Shown: in pieces, positions 1 through 12,348 of the stretch
How the letters are laid out: each line of letters starts with the position of its first letter
Position numbering within the stretch: the first letter of the stretch is position 1
Assembly (NCBI GenBank): GCA_965202585.1
Contig: OZ241832.1
Coordinates: 33,480,001-33,544,000 of the forward strand
Reading direction: 5' to 3'
From: Thalia democratica
Lineage: Eukaryota
DNA length: 64,000 bases
Translations under genes and position numbers: made by a program
Notes under the pieces: model-generated
What the model was told of the DNA's origin: nothing
The model's database searches: none
Seen by the model: only the letters and a program-made list of their open reading frames with translations

Positions 1-2592
1 AGTATTAAGTTTAAATAGTGTTATTAAGAATACAAGGGCTTAAACTGTTCAAAAAATCTTTAAAATCCAACTTAGAGCATTAACTGAGGTTTAAAAAATT
101 GTTATTTAATCAATACTTAATCAAAAGATTTCTAAAAAATATATACAGGTTTTAACATTCTGCTCAAAGTACCTTAATCTTTGAAAGTTTAATAGAGTAA
201 ACAAATAATAGAATTTTACTACTTTTATGATTTTAAAAAAATAAGAATTTTACAACTACTTCAAATCATAGTAAACAAAGCTTTTAAACACCTTTTTTTA
301 ATTACGAAAGACTAAATAAAAACTTTAATATGATAGATATTTTTATTTTTTTTTTCACTCTTAATTTTCCTTTTTAAAGACATGTGAAACTTATTCTGAG
401 CAAAAATTCTTCAGATTTTCTTATCCTAACTACATTAACTTTTGTTGAAGAAATATTGTTTAATTTAGTTTCAAACTCTGTCAAAAAATTTTTATACAAA
501 AACTATAAAAATACTTGATTTTCAATTTAACAGTTGCTGCTTATATTCTTAAGTAATTTGTTAAGAAAAGTTTACAAAATTTTAACTAAACTGGTTTTTA
601 CATTCTCTTTTTTTGTTTGTGAGTATACGTTAACCAATTTTATGTATACTATATTATATAATACAGTTGCTCTTCTATAATTATATAAATTATAACATGT
701 ATATGTTTTAAGTCAAGTTTCTAAAAAGTATCAGGGTGGCCATTTTACCTGAAAAACCTCTAAATAAACTAATTTTGTGCAAAAATCTTAAAAAACCTTG
801 ATTATAAAACTTTATATTAAATAAATAATTAAATTTATATTGGATAACTAACAACTGTAATATGAAACAAACAAAATCTCCATAAAACCAGTGTCTTATA
901 AGATAATATTTTGGCTTGCAAAGAATCTTTTTCAGAAAGTGCTTTTTTACATATAAGACTGCTGACCCCTGGTTTACATTTAAATGTTTTTTTTTATTTT
1001 TTGTTACATTGACTACAACGTTGAATGATTAACTTTTATTCATCATCTTAAAATTTCCAGCTTAATCCAAAATCAGTTCTTGTTGCATGGTATTTTGATG
1101 CAATGTCTTAAGAGCACTCAGGATAATTTTAATATAAGTAGTTTGAAAGTTTTTGAAAACATCAGGTTGGCAATGGCTTTTTTTGAAAAACTTAAACTTA
1201 TTTATTTTATCTAAATCTTAGTCTAGATTTTTAGCTGTTTTTTTCTTAAAAATTTGGTTTTTAATTCTGTTGTTACAATTTATACATTTAAAAATTTTTG
1301 ACATTAATTACCATACCATTATTTTTTTAATGATTTTGGATCATAATTATTAGTTTTCTAATTTAATTTTAAACTCAGACACATTTTTTTGAGAGTGGCA
1401 ACCTTATTTGTAACTCGTTTATAATAAATAAAATAGTTTGAAGGACTTTAACTTTTATATTTCCCTAATCCTTTTTCCTTTAGTTTATGAAATTTTTGTG
1501 GCATTCCTGGTGGTTTTTTTAACAATTATAAATTATTTTCCTATAACATTGAAGTTTATATTTTATGTGCTTGGTTATATGTTGATATGGGCCTTGTTAT
1601 AACTGACTATGGCGCTTATATAATGGCACTGTCCTAAGTAAGCCCGTAAATTAATTTCATTATTTAATCTAATAGGTTAATTAAGTGTTTAAGTAACTTA
1701 TACTATTGTTTAACTCAAATAGAGTCTGTCAGTAAAAATTGTATTTTACAATGAATAAACGCAAAGAGAAAGTAACAATAAAAACTAACACATAATAATA
1801 AACAATCTTTAGTTAAACAAATGACAACAAATCAAAATGTCACAGCTAACAGCCTAACTTAGAACGTACAACATTGTTACGCGAGTAAGAGTTTGGTGAC
1901 TATAAGTTTATGGCTCTTAAAGCTAAAGCGACAAAACTCAGCCTAGCTCAAGCAAAGCTTGTGCTTTTAAACAAATTATGTTCTCTCAAAAAAGAGAATA
2001 TGCAAATACCATTACAATAGTAAAAGTTGATTTAGTATATTTTAAACACAAATAAATGATATGTGTATGTATATATATGTTTATATATTAAGAAAATTTG
2101 ATTTAAAAAACTAGATCATATATTTCATAAAAACAATAAAATTCATTTCAAACCGTACCAGTTGAAGATTAAAAATATTTTTTTTGTTTTTATGCAATGT
2201 ATGTTCTGGTTTTATTAAATTGAATTTTCTCACTAAATTATTTAGCCCTTCAAGTGGACTCTGTGGAAAGTGATTAAGTTTATATAATCAAATTATTTTC
2301 TATATGCATATTAGATTTTAAATTGAGTACAATTTCAATTTATAATAAGTTTAACCTATTGAGCAACAATTATGATTCATTTGTAAACTGACTGAATATA
2401 GTTTATACCGCACTAAATAGTGGTTATTGTGTATTAAAATGTCTTTATTATAAACTTTTTACAGTATTTATACCAACTCCTTAAGTCAATTTTAATTTAT
2501 ACTTACAACTTGAAAATATAAATTGTTCATAATGGGTAAATCATAATATTCATTACAGTCATTATATATTACAACAATTTAACATCATAGTT

Positions 2593-4383
2593 ATGTCTGG
2601 ACGAGTTTTGAGAAGTCACAAAAGATCAAAACCTGAAGATGATACAGAAACCACAAAACCACCTGCTAAAGTGTTGAAAACTTCAGTGAAAAAGAAAGCT
2701 CCTAAGAATTCAGTCTGTGCTAAAACTACAAAACTTATCAAGCATAAAGGTAAAGAAAACAAGGTTGCTAAGAAAAATGCAGCTGTATCTAAAGATTCAA
2801 CTACAAAAAAAACTAAGCCACAGCAAAAGAACGCAAATAAGGTTTCTAAAACTACCACTCTAAAAGGCAATAAGCCTCCAAAAGTGGATATAACCAATGT
2901 GAGCACTTTAAAAACCGTTACATTTAAAGGAAAAGTACCTGTTGACGATGAATGTGTGGAGTGTAAAAAAGACTATGTTGTTTACAACAAAGAAAACGAT
3001 GTTTACAATGCCATGCTGAATCAAACTAACATTGCCAATAACAACAACAAGTACTTCCTTCTTCAGCTGCTCAAACACAAGGAAAAACCAGTTTTCAAAG
3101 TTTGGTTCAGATGGGGAAGAGTTGGCAGAATTGCTGGTAAAAAGTTGCACGATTGCAGCACTCTCAATGAAGCCATTGAAAAGTTTGAAAAGAAGTTCAG
3201 TGACAAGACGAAAAATTACTGGTGTGACAGACATGATTTTGAACGTTTTCCATGCAAGTATGAGTTGATTCACATGGATTATGGCAAGACTGATGAACCT
3301 GTAAAAAAAGAGGAATCTTCTGAGATAAAAATTCCGGAATCTATTCTTGAAGAGGAGTTGCAGGCGCTGATGAAGTTGATCTTTGATGTGAAAGAGTTCA
3401 ACAATATAGTAAAAGAAATGCAGTTTGACCCAAGAAGATCACCGTTAGGCAAGCTCACGACTGTTCAAATACAGTCAGGCTATGAGATACTGACATTAAT
3501 TGAAAATATACTGAAAAAGAAAGTCAAAGGAAATTTGGTCCATGCTTGCAACCAGTTTTACACAAAAATTCCTCATGACTTTGGTATGAAAGTTCCAACA
3601 GTTATTAGGAACCAGGAGGAAATAAAAGAAAAAATCAATTTGCTGGAAGCCTTGAGTGACATCAAAATAGCAATGAAGATGATTGAAGAGTCAATGGTCA
3701 AAGGAAATCCTCTTGACAACCAGTACAAAAGCCTTCAGTGCCCAATAAGCGTCCTCAAAAAGACCAGCACCGATTACAAACTGATCGAGAGGTACGTCAC
3801 CAACACTCACGGAGCCACGCACACCGGCTACACCCTCAACATTCAGAACATTTTTTCTATTGCCAAAAACAAGGGCGGCTTCAACAAAAACCTTGGCAAC
3901 AGATACCTGCTGTGGCACGGGTCCCGCCTGACAAACTGGTGCGGCATTCTGAAGCAGGGGCTGCGCATTGCTCCCCCGGAAGCCCCCTCAACTGGCTACA
4001 TGTTTGGCAAGGGGGTTTACTTCGCCGACATGGTCTCAAAGTCAGCCAACTACTGCTGCACGAGCAGAAGACAGCCGACCGGCCTGCTCATCTTGTGCGA
4101 AGTTGCTCTTGGTAACCCAAACTGCTTGAAGGCGGCTGATTATGAGGCTGGAAACTTACCAGCTGGCACAGACAGCGTCAAAGGGGTGGGAAAGACCCAG
4201 CCGGACCCCAGTGAAAATGTTACTATGGGAGATGGGGTGATCGTCCCTGTTGGAAAGCCAACCACCACCCCAGACTCGGATGACAGCGCCTTGCTGTATA
4301 ATGAGTACATTGTCTACGACACTGACCAAGTAAGACCCAGGTATCTTGTGCAGCTTGACTTTAATTTTAAAAGTTTGTGGTAG
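2593..4383 (+). CDS. PARP2: Poly(ADP-ribose) polymerase 2-like, 596 aa, single exon
   Basis: Lys-rich N-terminus; PARP2-type segment KVPVDDEC..YNAMLNQTNIANNNNKYFLLQLL; WGR domain (WFRWGRVG); PARP regulatory domain (PLGKL, FYTKIPHDFG); catalytic domain with H-Y-E triad (LWHGS, GVYFAD, YNEYIVY). Confidence 0.95.
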   Translation: MSGRVLRSHKRSKPEDDTETTKPPAKVLKTSVKKKAPKNSVCAKTTKLIKHKGKENKVAKKNAAVSKDSTTKKTKPQQKNANKVSKTTTLKGNKPPKVDITNVSTLKTVTFKGKVPVDDECVECKKDYVVYNKENDVYNAMLNQTNIANNNNKYFLLQLLKHKEKPVFKVWFRWGRVGRIAGKKLHDCSTLNEAIEKFEKKFSDKTKNYWCDRHDFERFPCKYELIHMDYGKTDEPVKKEESSEIKIPESILEEELQALMKLIFDVKEFNNIVKEMQFDPRRSPLGKLTTVQIQSGYEILTLIENILKKKVKGNLVHACNQFYTKIPHDFGMKVPTVIRNQEEIKEKINLLEALSDIKIAMKMIEESMVKGNPLDNQYKSLQCPISVLKKTSTDYKLIERYVTNTHGATHTGYTLNIQNIFSIAKNKGGFNKNLGNRYLLWHGSRLTNWCGILKQGLRIAPPEAPSTGYMFGKGVYFADMVSKSANYCCTSRRQPTGLLILCEVALGNPNCLKAADYEAGNLPAGTDSVKGVGKTQPDPSENVTMGDGVIVPVGKPTTTPDSDDSALLYNEYIVYDTDQVRPRYLVQLDFNFKSLW

Positions 4384-5361
4384 TATTGCAGTTTTATTTG
4401 AACTTTATGAAAACTAAAAGTTACCTAGAAATTAAATTCATTTTGAAATACCATTTTATTAATTTATCTAAGAAACAAGTGTTAATAATTCTAAAGTTGA
4501 ATGTGTATGTAAAAAGTTTTTGTTTTATTTTAGTTTGAAATTAATTAAGTTAAGCTTTATTAATCATTTTTAAAACTTTAAACGAGAGGATGCAAATACT
4601 TAAGTTAACAAGTTATGTTATTTAATTTATTATTTGAAGTGTAATAGACAAATACAATTTTAATTTCTTAAAAGCAAAAAATCACTGTTTTAATAATTTC
4701 AAATATTAAATTCTATTAAATAATTATTAGTTACTTAACTCTGTTTAGTAGTTTAATTAAAGTAGTTAATTATTTTTTTTATGAAATATAATTTAATATG
4801 GAACATTTTGTTATACTGTTTATAATTTTAAGTTTATAAACAAATTGTTTACATTGTTTGATAAAAACTGTTTTTATTTATTTCTATTAAATAAATGTAT
4901 ATAAATCTATGTTTTAGTCTGATTAGATAATATTTATACAGTTTTGGTGTTCAAAATTCCATATAAATAGTAAATGTATACTAAAAATTTATTTTTAAAA
5001 AAATGCTAAAACCGCTGGTGTTTTTACTCAAATTTGTTTTGTTGATACAAGTTATTGGAAGTTTTTTTTTAACAGTGTTAAAAAATCCTCAGCAAAGTTT
5101 TTAATATTTTTAAGTATGCTGTTCAATTTTATGAAATTTAGTTTATTTTACGACTATTTTGAAATAAGTTAACCATTTATAATTTAAATGATATAAACTA
5201 CAGTTTTGTGGTATCCTACCATAAATTTAAATACATAGATGCAATAGTGGTTCAGTAAGTATGATGTAGATCAAAATTGATTTTGAATTACATTTCTTCT
5301 TTTAAAAATTTCATAGTGGTTTTGTTACTCTTTCTCTGAAACTTAATAATTAGAAACTTAT

Positions 5362-5631
5362 CACAGATGTTCTTGTGCTAAAACTTTATTTCAACTAACG
5401 GCGTTTCACTGCTCTCAAATAAATTTAAGAACAGATCTACGAAAAGATCTAGAAAAGATCTATTCTTAGAGCTTTTTGAGACTCCGTAGATCTGTTCTTA
5501 AATTTATTTGAGAGCAGTGAAACACCGTTAGTTGAAATAAAGTTTTAGCACAAGAACATCTGTGATATACATTCCGATAAGCTTAGCTTATCAGGATCCC
5601 CAGGATTTAACGCCTTATAACGTTACATCTT
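5362..5631. mobile_element. Foldback insertion flanked by a 16-bp direct repeat
   Basis: Inverted arms 5359-5441 and 5485-5567 (83 bp, 1 mismatch, 43-nt spacer) plus a tail of about 65 nt. ATAATTAGAAACTTAT is repeated exactly at 5346-5361 and 5632-5647. Confidence 0.7.
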
Positions 5632-8600
5632 ATAATTAGAAACTTATTCATAAAAAGTTAACATGAAAATACTATAGAATAACTAAGGTTTTATGTTTTA
5701 CCATAACTATAAAAAGTCTAGTTATCTTTATTAGAACTATTATATGTTTTGATTGATAGAAAACTAATTAAGAGATCTCAGTTATTAGAGGAAAAATAAT
5801 GTATTTATTCTTTCATGACTTTGTTATGTAAACTAAGTTTCGGTCAAAGACCTCTTCAGTGCTTAAATGAAAAATTCTATTGAAATAGAATTGAATTATT
5901 TATTAGAATTATTTAAAATTTAAACTTTTTGCTTGCGTGATGGTTAAAAAATTATTTGTTTAGGTTTGTATTACAATGTTTTTATCTAACTTTATTTATA
6001 ATTGTTATTTGTTAGCTTCACAACTAATGGCATTTTGCTACACAAACATTTAAAACAATTCTTATCTGTTAACATTCTCTTTAGTCTAACGCTAACATAG
6101 TGCTGTTTTTGAAGTATGAGAACTTCTAATTTATTCACATAGAACTGTTGCTTTAAACCTGTTTAGTTAAACTTGTAAAAAGTATAACTTTTAGATTGAA
6201 AGAATAAATAAAAGAAGTTCTATCTTAAATTTTACTCTAAATTCTTAGTTTTAACAACTAAAACCTGTTATTTTACTTAAAAAATTGAATACGCTTAAAT
6301 TATTTAGGTCACGTGTATTCCAATTAAGACCCTCGTAAATGTCCGGCCCAAGACATACTTTTTGGCTTGAAAACAGCTTGTTCAAAACTACCAAATTTAA
6401 GCTTCTTTTAAACTCTAACACACTGTTTGTTCTACTTGTATATATAAGAATGAAGCATACTTGTATGTTTTTTGTAACTAAATTTCTTTTGTCATGGTAC
6501 TTTTTAAACAAAGCAAGGTATACAGTAATATATGGAAAATGTTTATTTTTTCAAGAGAACAGTTTTAAAAACATGCAAAACTAATCTTAACAAAAATGTA
6601 CAATAGGCTATACGCACTAACGTAAGTTGATCTCAAATTAACAAGAAATCTCAAAATTCCAAGTTTCAATCTAGTGTGATTAGTTGTAGATTTACAAAAA
6701 AAATCTCTCGCGGGCCACTGAAAAACAAAAGTTATATAAATTGTTTAAAAAACTCATAAAGGCAAAGCTGCATTCAATAAAATCTTAATAAACACCTCCT
6801 TGTACTAAAAATAGAAGTTAAGAGTGTTTTACAAAAAGTTTAATTCCAATTATTTTAAAATTAAAATCAAAGATCTGGCCAGATTCAATTAAAAATAGAA
6901 AGAGAATAGGTCTTTCTTTGCAATAACAAAATCTTGTGTAATCAAAAAAAAAAAGTTCTTATTTTTAGAAAAATTACACTTAGTTCTCTAAAAAGACACG
7001 GCTATCAAAGTTTAATTTCTAAAAACGACTTACTTTACAATGCAAATTTATTGATGTATATTGTAAATCTATAACATTAGAAAAATTCTTTGTCATAAGG
7101 AGTTTTCAAAAGTAGGTTTTGTACTGGTTTATGTTTTTCTAAACTGCACATATCAATATTTATTAGTTTTCTTTATACTGTATGAAATTTAATGAGTGAA
7201 CTTTATTCAATAATCGGTTAAATTTTTCAATGCTCTATGATAGCGTTAAAAAACTACTCGAATATGTAGGGACCCTTCTGTACACATCGTTTGTAAAAAC
7301 AACATTGTATTATACTGAAGCTAATCTATTAATTATGACAATGCCACTAAAGCTTTGTTTTATGTTTGCTTTAGACGTCTTGTGTCATTTTTTTTGTCAA
7401 CGAATTAAGGTATGTAAACTTTAAGGAAAAGCGTTTTTGTAGCAGAGTATTGTTTCAGACTTTGAATTTACGATGGCAGTACAGTTTTTTTGTTTACAAT
7501 GAATGTAATGTTTACTGATAATAGAAAAAGTGTTTTAAAACCATAAAGCAATTTTTGTGTCAGTTGGTACCATTTTTACAGAAAAATAATATCAACACTT
7601 ATAATGCATACTTAAAACATGAGAGTTTAGGTTGGGGTTTCTGTAATCGTTTTCATAATCGCCCCTTTTATTAAAAAATCACCACTTTATAATTTAATTG
7701 CCAATCTATTTACAATCCTCACTAATTTATGGTGCTTGATAGTCAAAATTGCCCCTAAAGAGGCGATGTTATTGGCTACTTTGAAAAACCCTGTATTGAG
7801 TATTCAATTTTATTAAGCGAACTAAATTTCAAACTTGAGAATAAAATATTTCATTATTTAATGATGTCTTTAATGTATAGAAAATTCTTTAAGTTTCAAA
7901 AAGAACTAAAATACAAGTTATGCAGTTATGTAGTGCGTACAAATTTGAAATAGATTGAACAACGTTTTTATTTTTTGCGAATTGTAATATTAAATTATTT
8001 AAATTGTAAAAATATAATTTCCAAGTTTTATTGGTCGTTTTTTAAATTGTTGTTGATTAATATATTTTTAATAAGATAAACGTTAAAACTAGTTTAGAGT
8101 TAACTTTAAAATGCTAATACTGTGCTTACATTGTGACTTTAATAAATGACAAAAAATAAACACTCAAAAACTTTGGTCTAAGGACCTGCTGTACTTAATA
8201 AATTATCGAGCCATACACCACGGATTCAGTTTAATGTCTGTTCTTGAAAATACTTTGAATTAAAAAATGTAAAAAAATCTCTATTATTTGATAAAGTATT
8301 TTGTCATAATTTACTAAATTTTATTGCAATACACGTGAATTATGTGCTGCATCTATTAAAATAGCATATAGTTGCCCCTGTTGCTCATAATCTATTCGTA
8401 CAAACCTTTGAAAAAATTAATGTGTTATAAGTTATCTCATACACAAGAATATATTTGACAAACAGCTGTAGACTTTTTCGTTAAAACTTGGTTGCTTATT
8501 AATTTTATTTTGAAAAACACTGAACAGTTTGGCTTATTATCTACTATTTTTTTATCATCAAGTGAACAAGCAAGTTTTACTTAGGTCTAGTTTACACCGG

Positions 8601-8961
8601 GAAATGACTATTTATGTTTGCATATAGCTTGTATGAAGCAAATGACTTCCTCATTTGTCTAGTAGCAATAATTGTATTTTACAAAAGAACATTTAGCATT
8701 GGAAAAACCTGATACGAAAAACAGGATTCAAACTTATTTGTTTAATTTGAAATCAGCAACTCAAAACTTAGCAAAAGTTTTATAAAAAACTATACTTTAT
8801 TATTTTTAAAGTAGTTTAGTAAGTTTATTTACCCATAGTGTTGATTATACTTCACAAGGATTAAAAAAATATTTAGTGTAAAATTTATATTAAATATAAT
8901 GAGTTAAACTAAACTGTCGATTTTAGACTCATAATATTAAACATACTAATTTCAGTTCAGC

Positions 8962-10468
8962 ATGAAATGTATCGCAATCTTGTTTGCCCTGATGTTGTAT
9001 ATTACAGGTTTTTCATACATTAAATAAATGTTTTTTTCTAACTAATTTTTTTTCTATCTGATTACCACTAAATTTTCAGTAGTTAGTTTATAGTTTTAGA
9101 ATTACTATACGATTAAAAAAATTGACCGAAAATAAATTAATAACTATAAGTATACTTAAAACTAGATTTTTTTATTTTTTAGTATCGGAAGGAAATATTG
9201 TTCTTGGAGGTTGGAGTGGTGTGATTCCAGCAACTGAAGAAACTCAAAACATCGCTAATGAAGTTTTTTTAACTTAATATTTAAACAATTGCAGAAAAAA
9301 TAAATTTTAATGATTTCTCAAACACTAAATTACCACTCAAGATCTGTTTACATGTAGTTTGTTGATTACTTTCGTAAAAACTTCTTGTCTTTTTTAATTT
9401 TATATATTTCATTTTAACATAGTCACTTTGTAACTTATCTTACAGACTTTGTTGTTTTTTTATGTTGAAAACTTGCATCGTATTTTAAGAATGTTTTTAT
9501 TTTGAAACAGGTAAAATGCAAAGTGCAAAACAAGCACAAAAATCTGTACATTTACAAAGCAGTGGATTACCAGGAGCAAATAGTTGCTGGCAGAAACTAC
9601 ATAATTAAAGTACACAACATTTAATTTGCGTAGTTATAACAAAGTTAATCCATAAAACTTTTTACTTTTTATGATGTGGATTTTTTTTATTAGTTATAAG
9701 TATTGACTAGTGTGAGGTTATTCTTGAGTACATTAAGACTTAAAAAAAGATTTAAATTACTTTTCTAAATATAAAGTGAAATTTTTTTGTTAATTAAAAA
9801 TGCTCTGAAGTAAAATTATTTTTAACTTAAACAAGAACTTTACAAAATGAAATTAAATTAAAAGTTTTGATAAAATATTTATACTAAAGTGATACAAAAA
9901 GTATTACTTAATTTATCAATACTTAAAGTAAAGAAGAAAAAAAATGACTATGTTTGTTTTGTATGTTCTGTTTCTACTATTAACAAATGATTATAAAGAT
10001 ACAAAAACGTAAAGATACAAAAAACTTATAGTTTAAATTTGTAGATGTTTTAGATGTAAAGTTTGTTTTAAATGTTTAAGGTTTAGTTTTAAAAAGTTTA
10101 AGCGTAGAAGTACTAATATTAAGTAAATATTTATCTCATTTTTATAACAATTTTAAAAGGGTTTTAAAAACTCTGCTTAAGTTGTACTTCAGGTTATATA
10201 AATAGTATTATATTTAAAAATAGTATAAATAGTATTTAATTTATTATAAAATTCATTATTGACAGACTGTTGAACATATTTAGATGGCAAAATAAGTAAT
10301 TATAAATAACAGTAAAATAAGATTTATTCAATTAAAAGACGTTTAGTACAGTTTTATCTTTCATACAAAAATCATGTAAAATAAACTATGCAGATCCAAA
10401 TAGAAAACAACAAGTTCGTAACAATTGAAGTTTTCAGAGGTTTTGACGACAAGGTCCAGTTCACATGA
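8962..10468 (+). CDS. Type-1 cystatin (stefin)-like protease inhibitor with N-terminal signal peptide, 99 aa; exons 8962-9007, 9183-9262, 9511-9609, 10394-10468
   Basis: Spliced product MKCIAILFALMLYITVSEGNIVLGGWSGVIPATEETQNIANEVKCKVQNKHKNLYIYKAVDYQEQIVAGRNYIIKIQIENNKFVTIEVFRGFDDKVQFT. Contains the N-terminal GG and QIVAG (QxVxG) motifs. All introns are GT-AG with matching phases, and the last two sit at the phase-0 positions typical of stefin genes. Confidence 0.88.
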
Positions 10469-12261
10469 TTTGTTTAACTCAACACTGACGCATTGTCAAG
10501 TTTAAAGCTCAAGCTTAAAGCACTTTTTATTTGTAAATGTTTCAAGTTTAACAAACTAACTCAGTTATATTATGATGCCTGTTAAGCGTTATTTTAATTT
10601 TATACAAGTAGTCGTAACAATAAAATTAAGCGAAAAATAAGTATTTTGATATAAATAAAAATTGTCATAAATTCTAACACTTAAATATTTCATTTAGAGG
10701 TCGTATACAAAGTTTTGTAGCCACTAGCTAAATGATTATTTTTTCATGTGTTGGTTTTGTCTGTAAATGAAAAATAAAATATAACCAGAAGTAAGCTATT
10801 TTTCTTTAATTTTCTTTTTTAATTCTTATTTTTGATGATTTATACAAAGCTTTTGTTTTTTTGTAATTAAAATGCTAAACTGTAAAACAGTTTCATATAA
10901 AAGCTTTTAAAATTATGACTGAAATATCTGACTTTTTACAAATAACTAAAAAATAATATTTAATAGTTTTAAATGTGAAATAGTTTTATTATCTGGTTTA
11001 AGTGAATTTAGCCGACCTTTTTAATGATTAAAAACCTTAGACATTGACAGTTAAATATGCTTTTAAGATTTAAATACTAAAATAGTTATAACATTTAATT
11101 TTGAAAATCTACAATATAACCCAGTATCTAAATTAATTTACTATTTTTTTTTAATAATTTTAAATTTATTATACAATATTTTTTTTGCTAGGTATACTTT
11201 GTTAAGCCAAGCATATTAATCATATAAATAGTATAGAAAATTATATAGATAAAAGATCTAAAAAATCCTACTTGAGATTCAAACTTTAAATTTTCAAATT
11301 TAGTTTATATTTTAAGCTGTAAGATTTAAGGAAATATTATTAAACTTTCTTTATAAAATATTTATAAAGTAGATTTTTATCATTTATTTTAGGGTTTTAC
11401 AAAAATAAAGCTTAATTATATTTAAAAGCTAACTTTAATCTAGTTTAATTTCAGACAAATCTTAAAAAAATGCAGTATGGTATAAACTAGTTAAAAAAGA
11501 TAGCTAAAATAACATAATTTTATAAACTTGCCATTTCAAAAAACTAGGAAGTGACATGATAAACTAATAAACTTATATGATACCAAAAAAAAATTGATTA
11601 CAAATCGTCTGTACTTTATCTCTAAATATCCTACCATAACCTCCTAGCAAGTATTAAGTTCAAATTTAACGCTTTTAATTTACACTTTTGTTGGCTGCTT
11701 TCAATAGAAACTCAGTCTGTTATTTGGTTAACTATATTACTTGTTTTATATTTTTTTTCACAACTTTTATTTTGCTATACAATTAGTCTTAATTGCAGTA
11801 ATTTTTTCAGCGTATAAATTGATTTTAAACAGATACATAGTGCAGTTAGAAAATATGATACTTCTTTTAAACAAAATAGTACTTTTGTTTTAATTTACAA
11901 GGTTTAATAAAAATCGTTTAAAGTTTAAATTAAAGTTGTATATCTTAATTTTAATTAAATAAGAATTTAAGATTTCAGTTTAAGCTAATGAAGCTAAATT
12001 AAATATACAACAAGTTGTTTGATAATAGTTATTAGTATTACAGCTTGAATTTATTAATTAGGTTTACATTTGAACTAGGCTTAAATAATCAATTAATTAC
12101 TAATTAACTCGATAATTGCAAGGTCTTTCTGTGCATCAGGTTCGATCATATTTATATGCGTCGATATCTTCGACTACATTGTTAACAATAATCATAATTT
12201 TTTTACTTTTACTAAATTAAAGGCTTATACAAAAAGAAGCCATAAGAAGCTATTTAAGTTA

Positions 12262-12348
12262 CAGTAACCTCTCGCTTATTTACGCACATTGTGTCCACAG
12301 AAAAAATGTGTAAAGATACGAGAGATCGTAAAGATACGAGAGGTACCA
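12262..12348. mobile_element. Short degenerate Tc1/mariner(pogo)-type MITE
   Basis: TA|CAGTAACCTCTCGCTTATTTACG at the left and an imperfect inverted copy CGTAAAGATACGAGAGGTACCAG at the right. Confidence 0.4.

Noticed and set aside
2616-4115. Overlapping and antisense ORFs within PARP2 (2616-2906, 2908-3273, 3032-3268, 3691-3918, 3738-4115)
   Set aside because: Shadow frames of a real CDS with no recognisable motifs.
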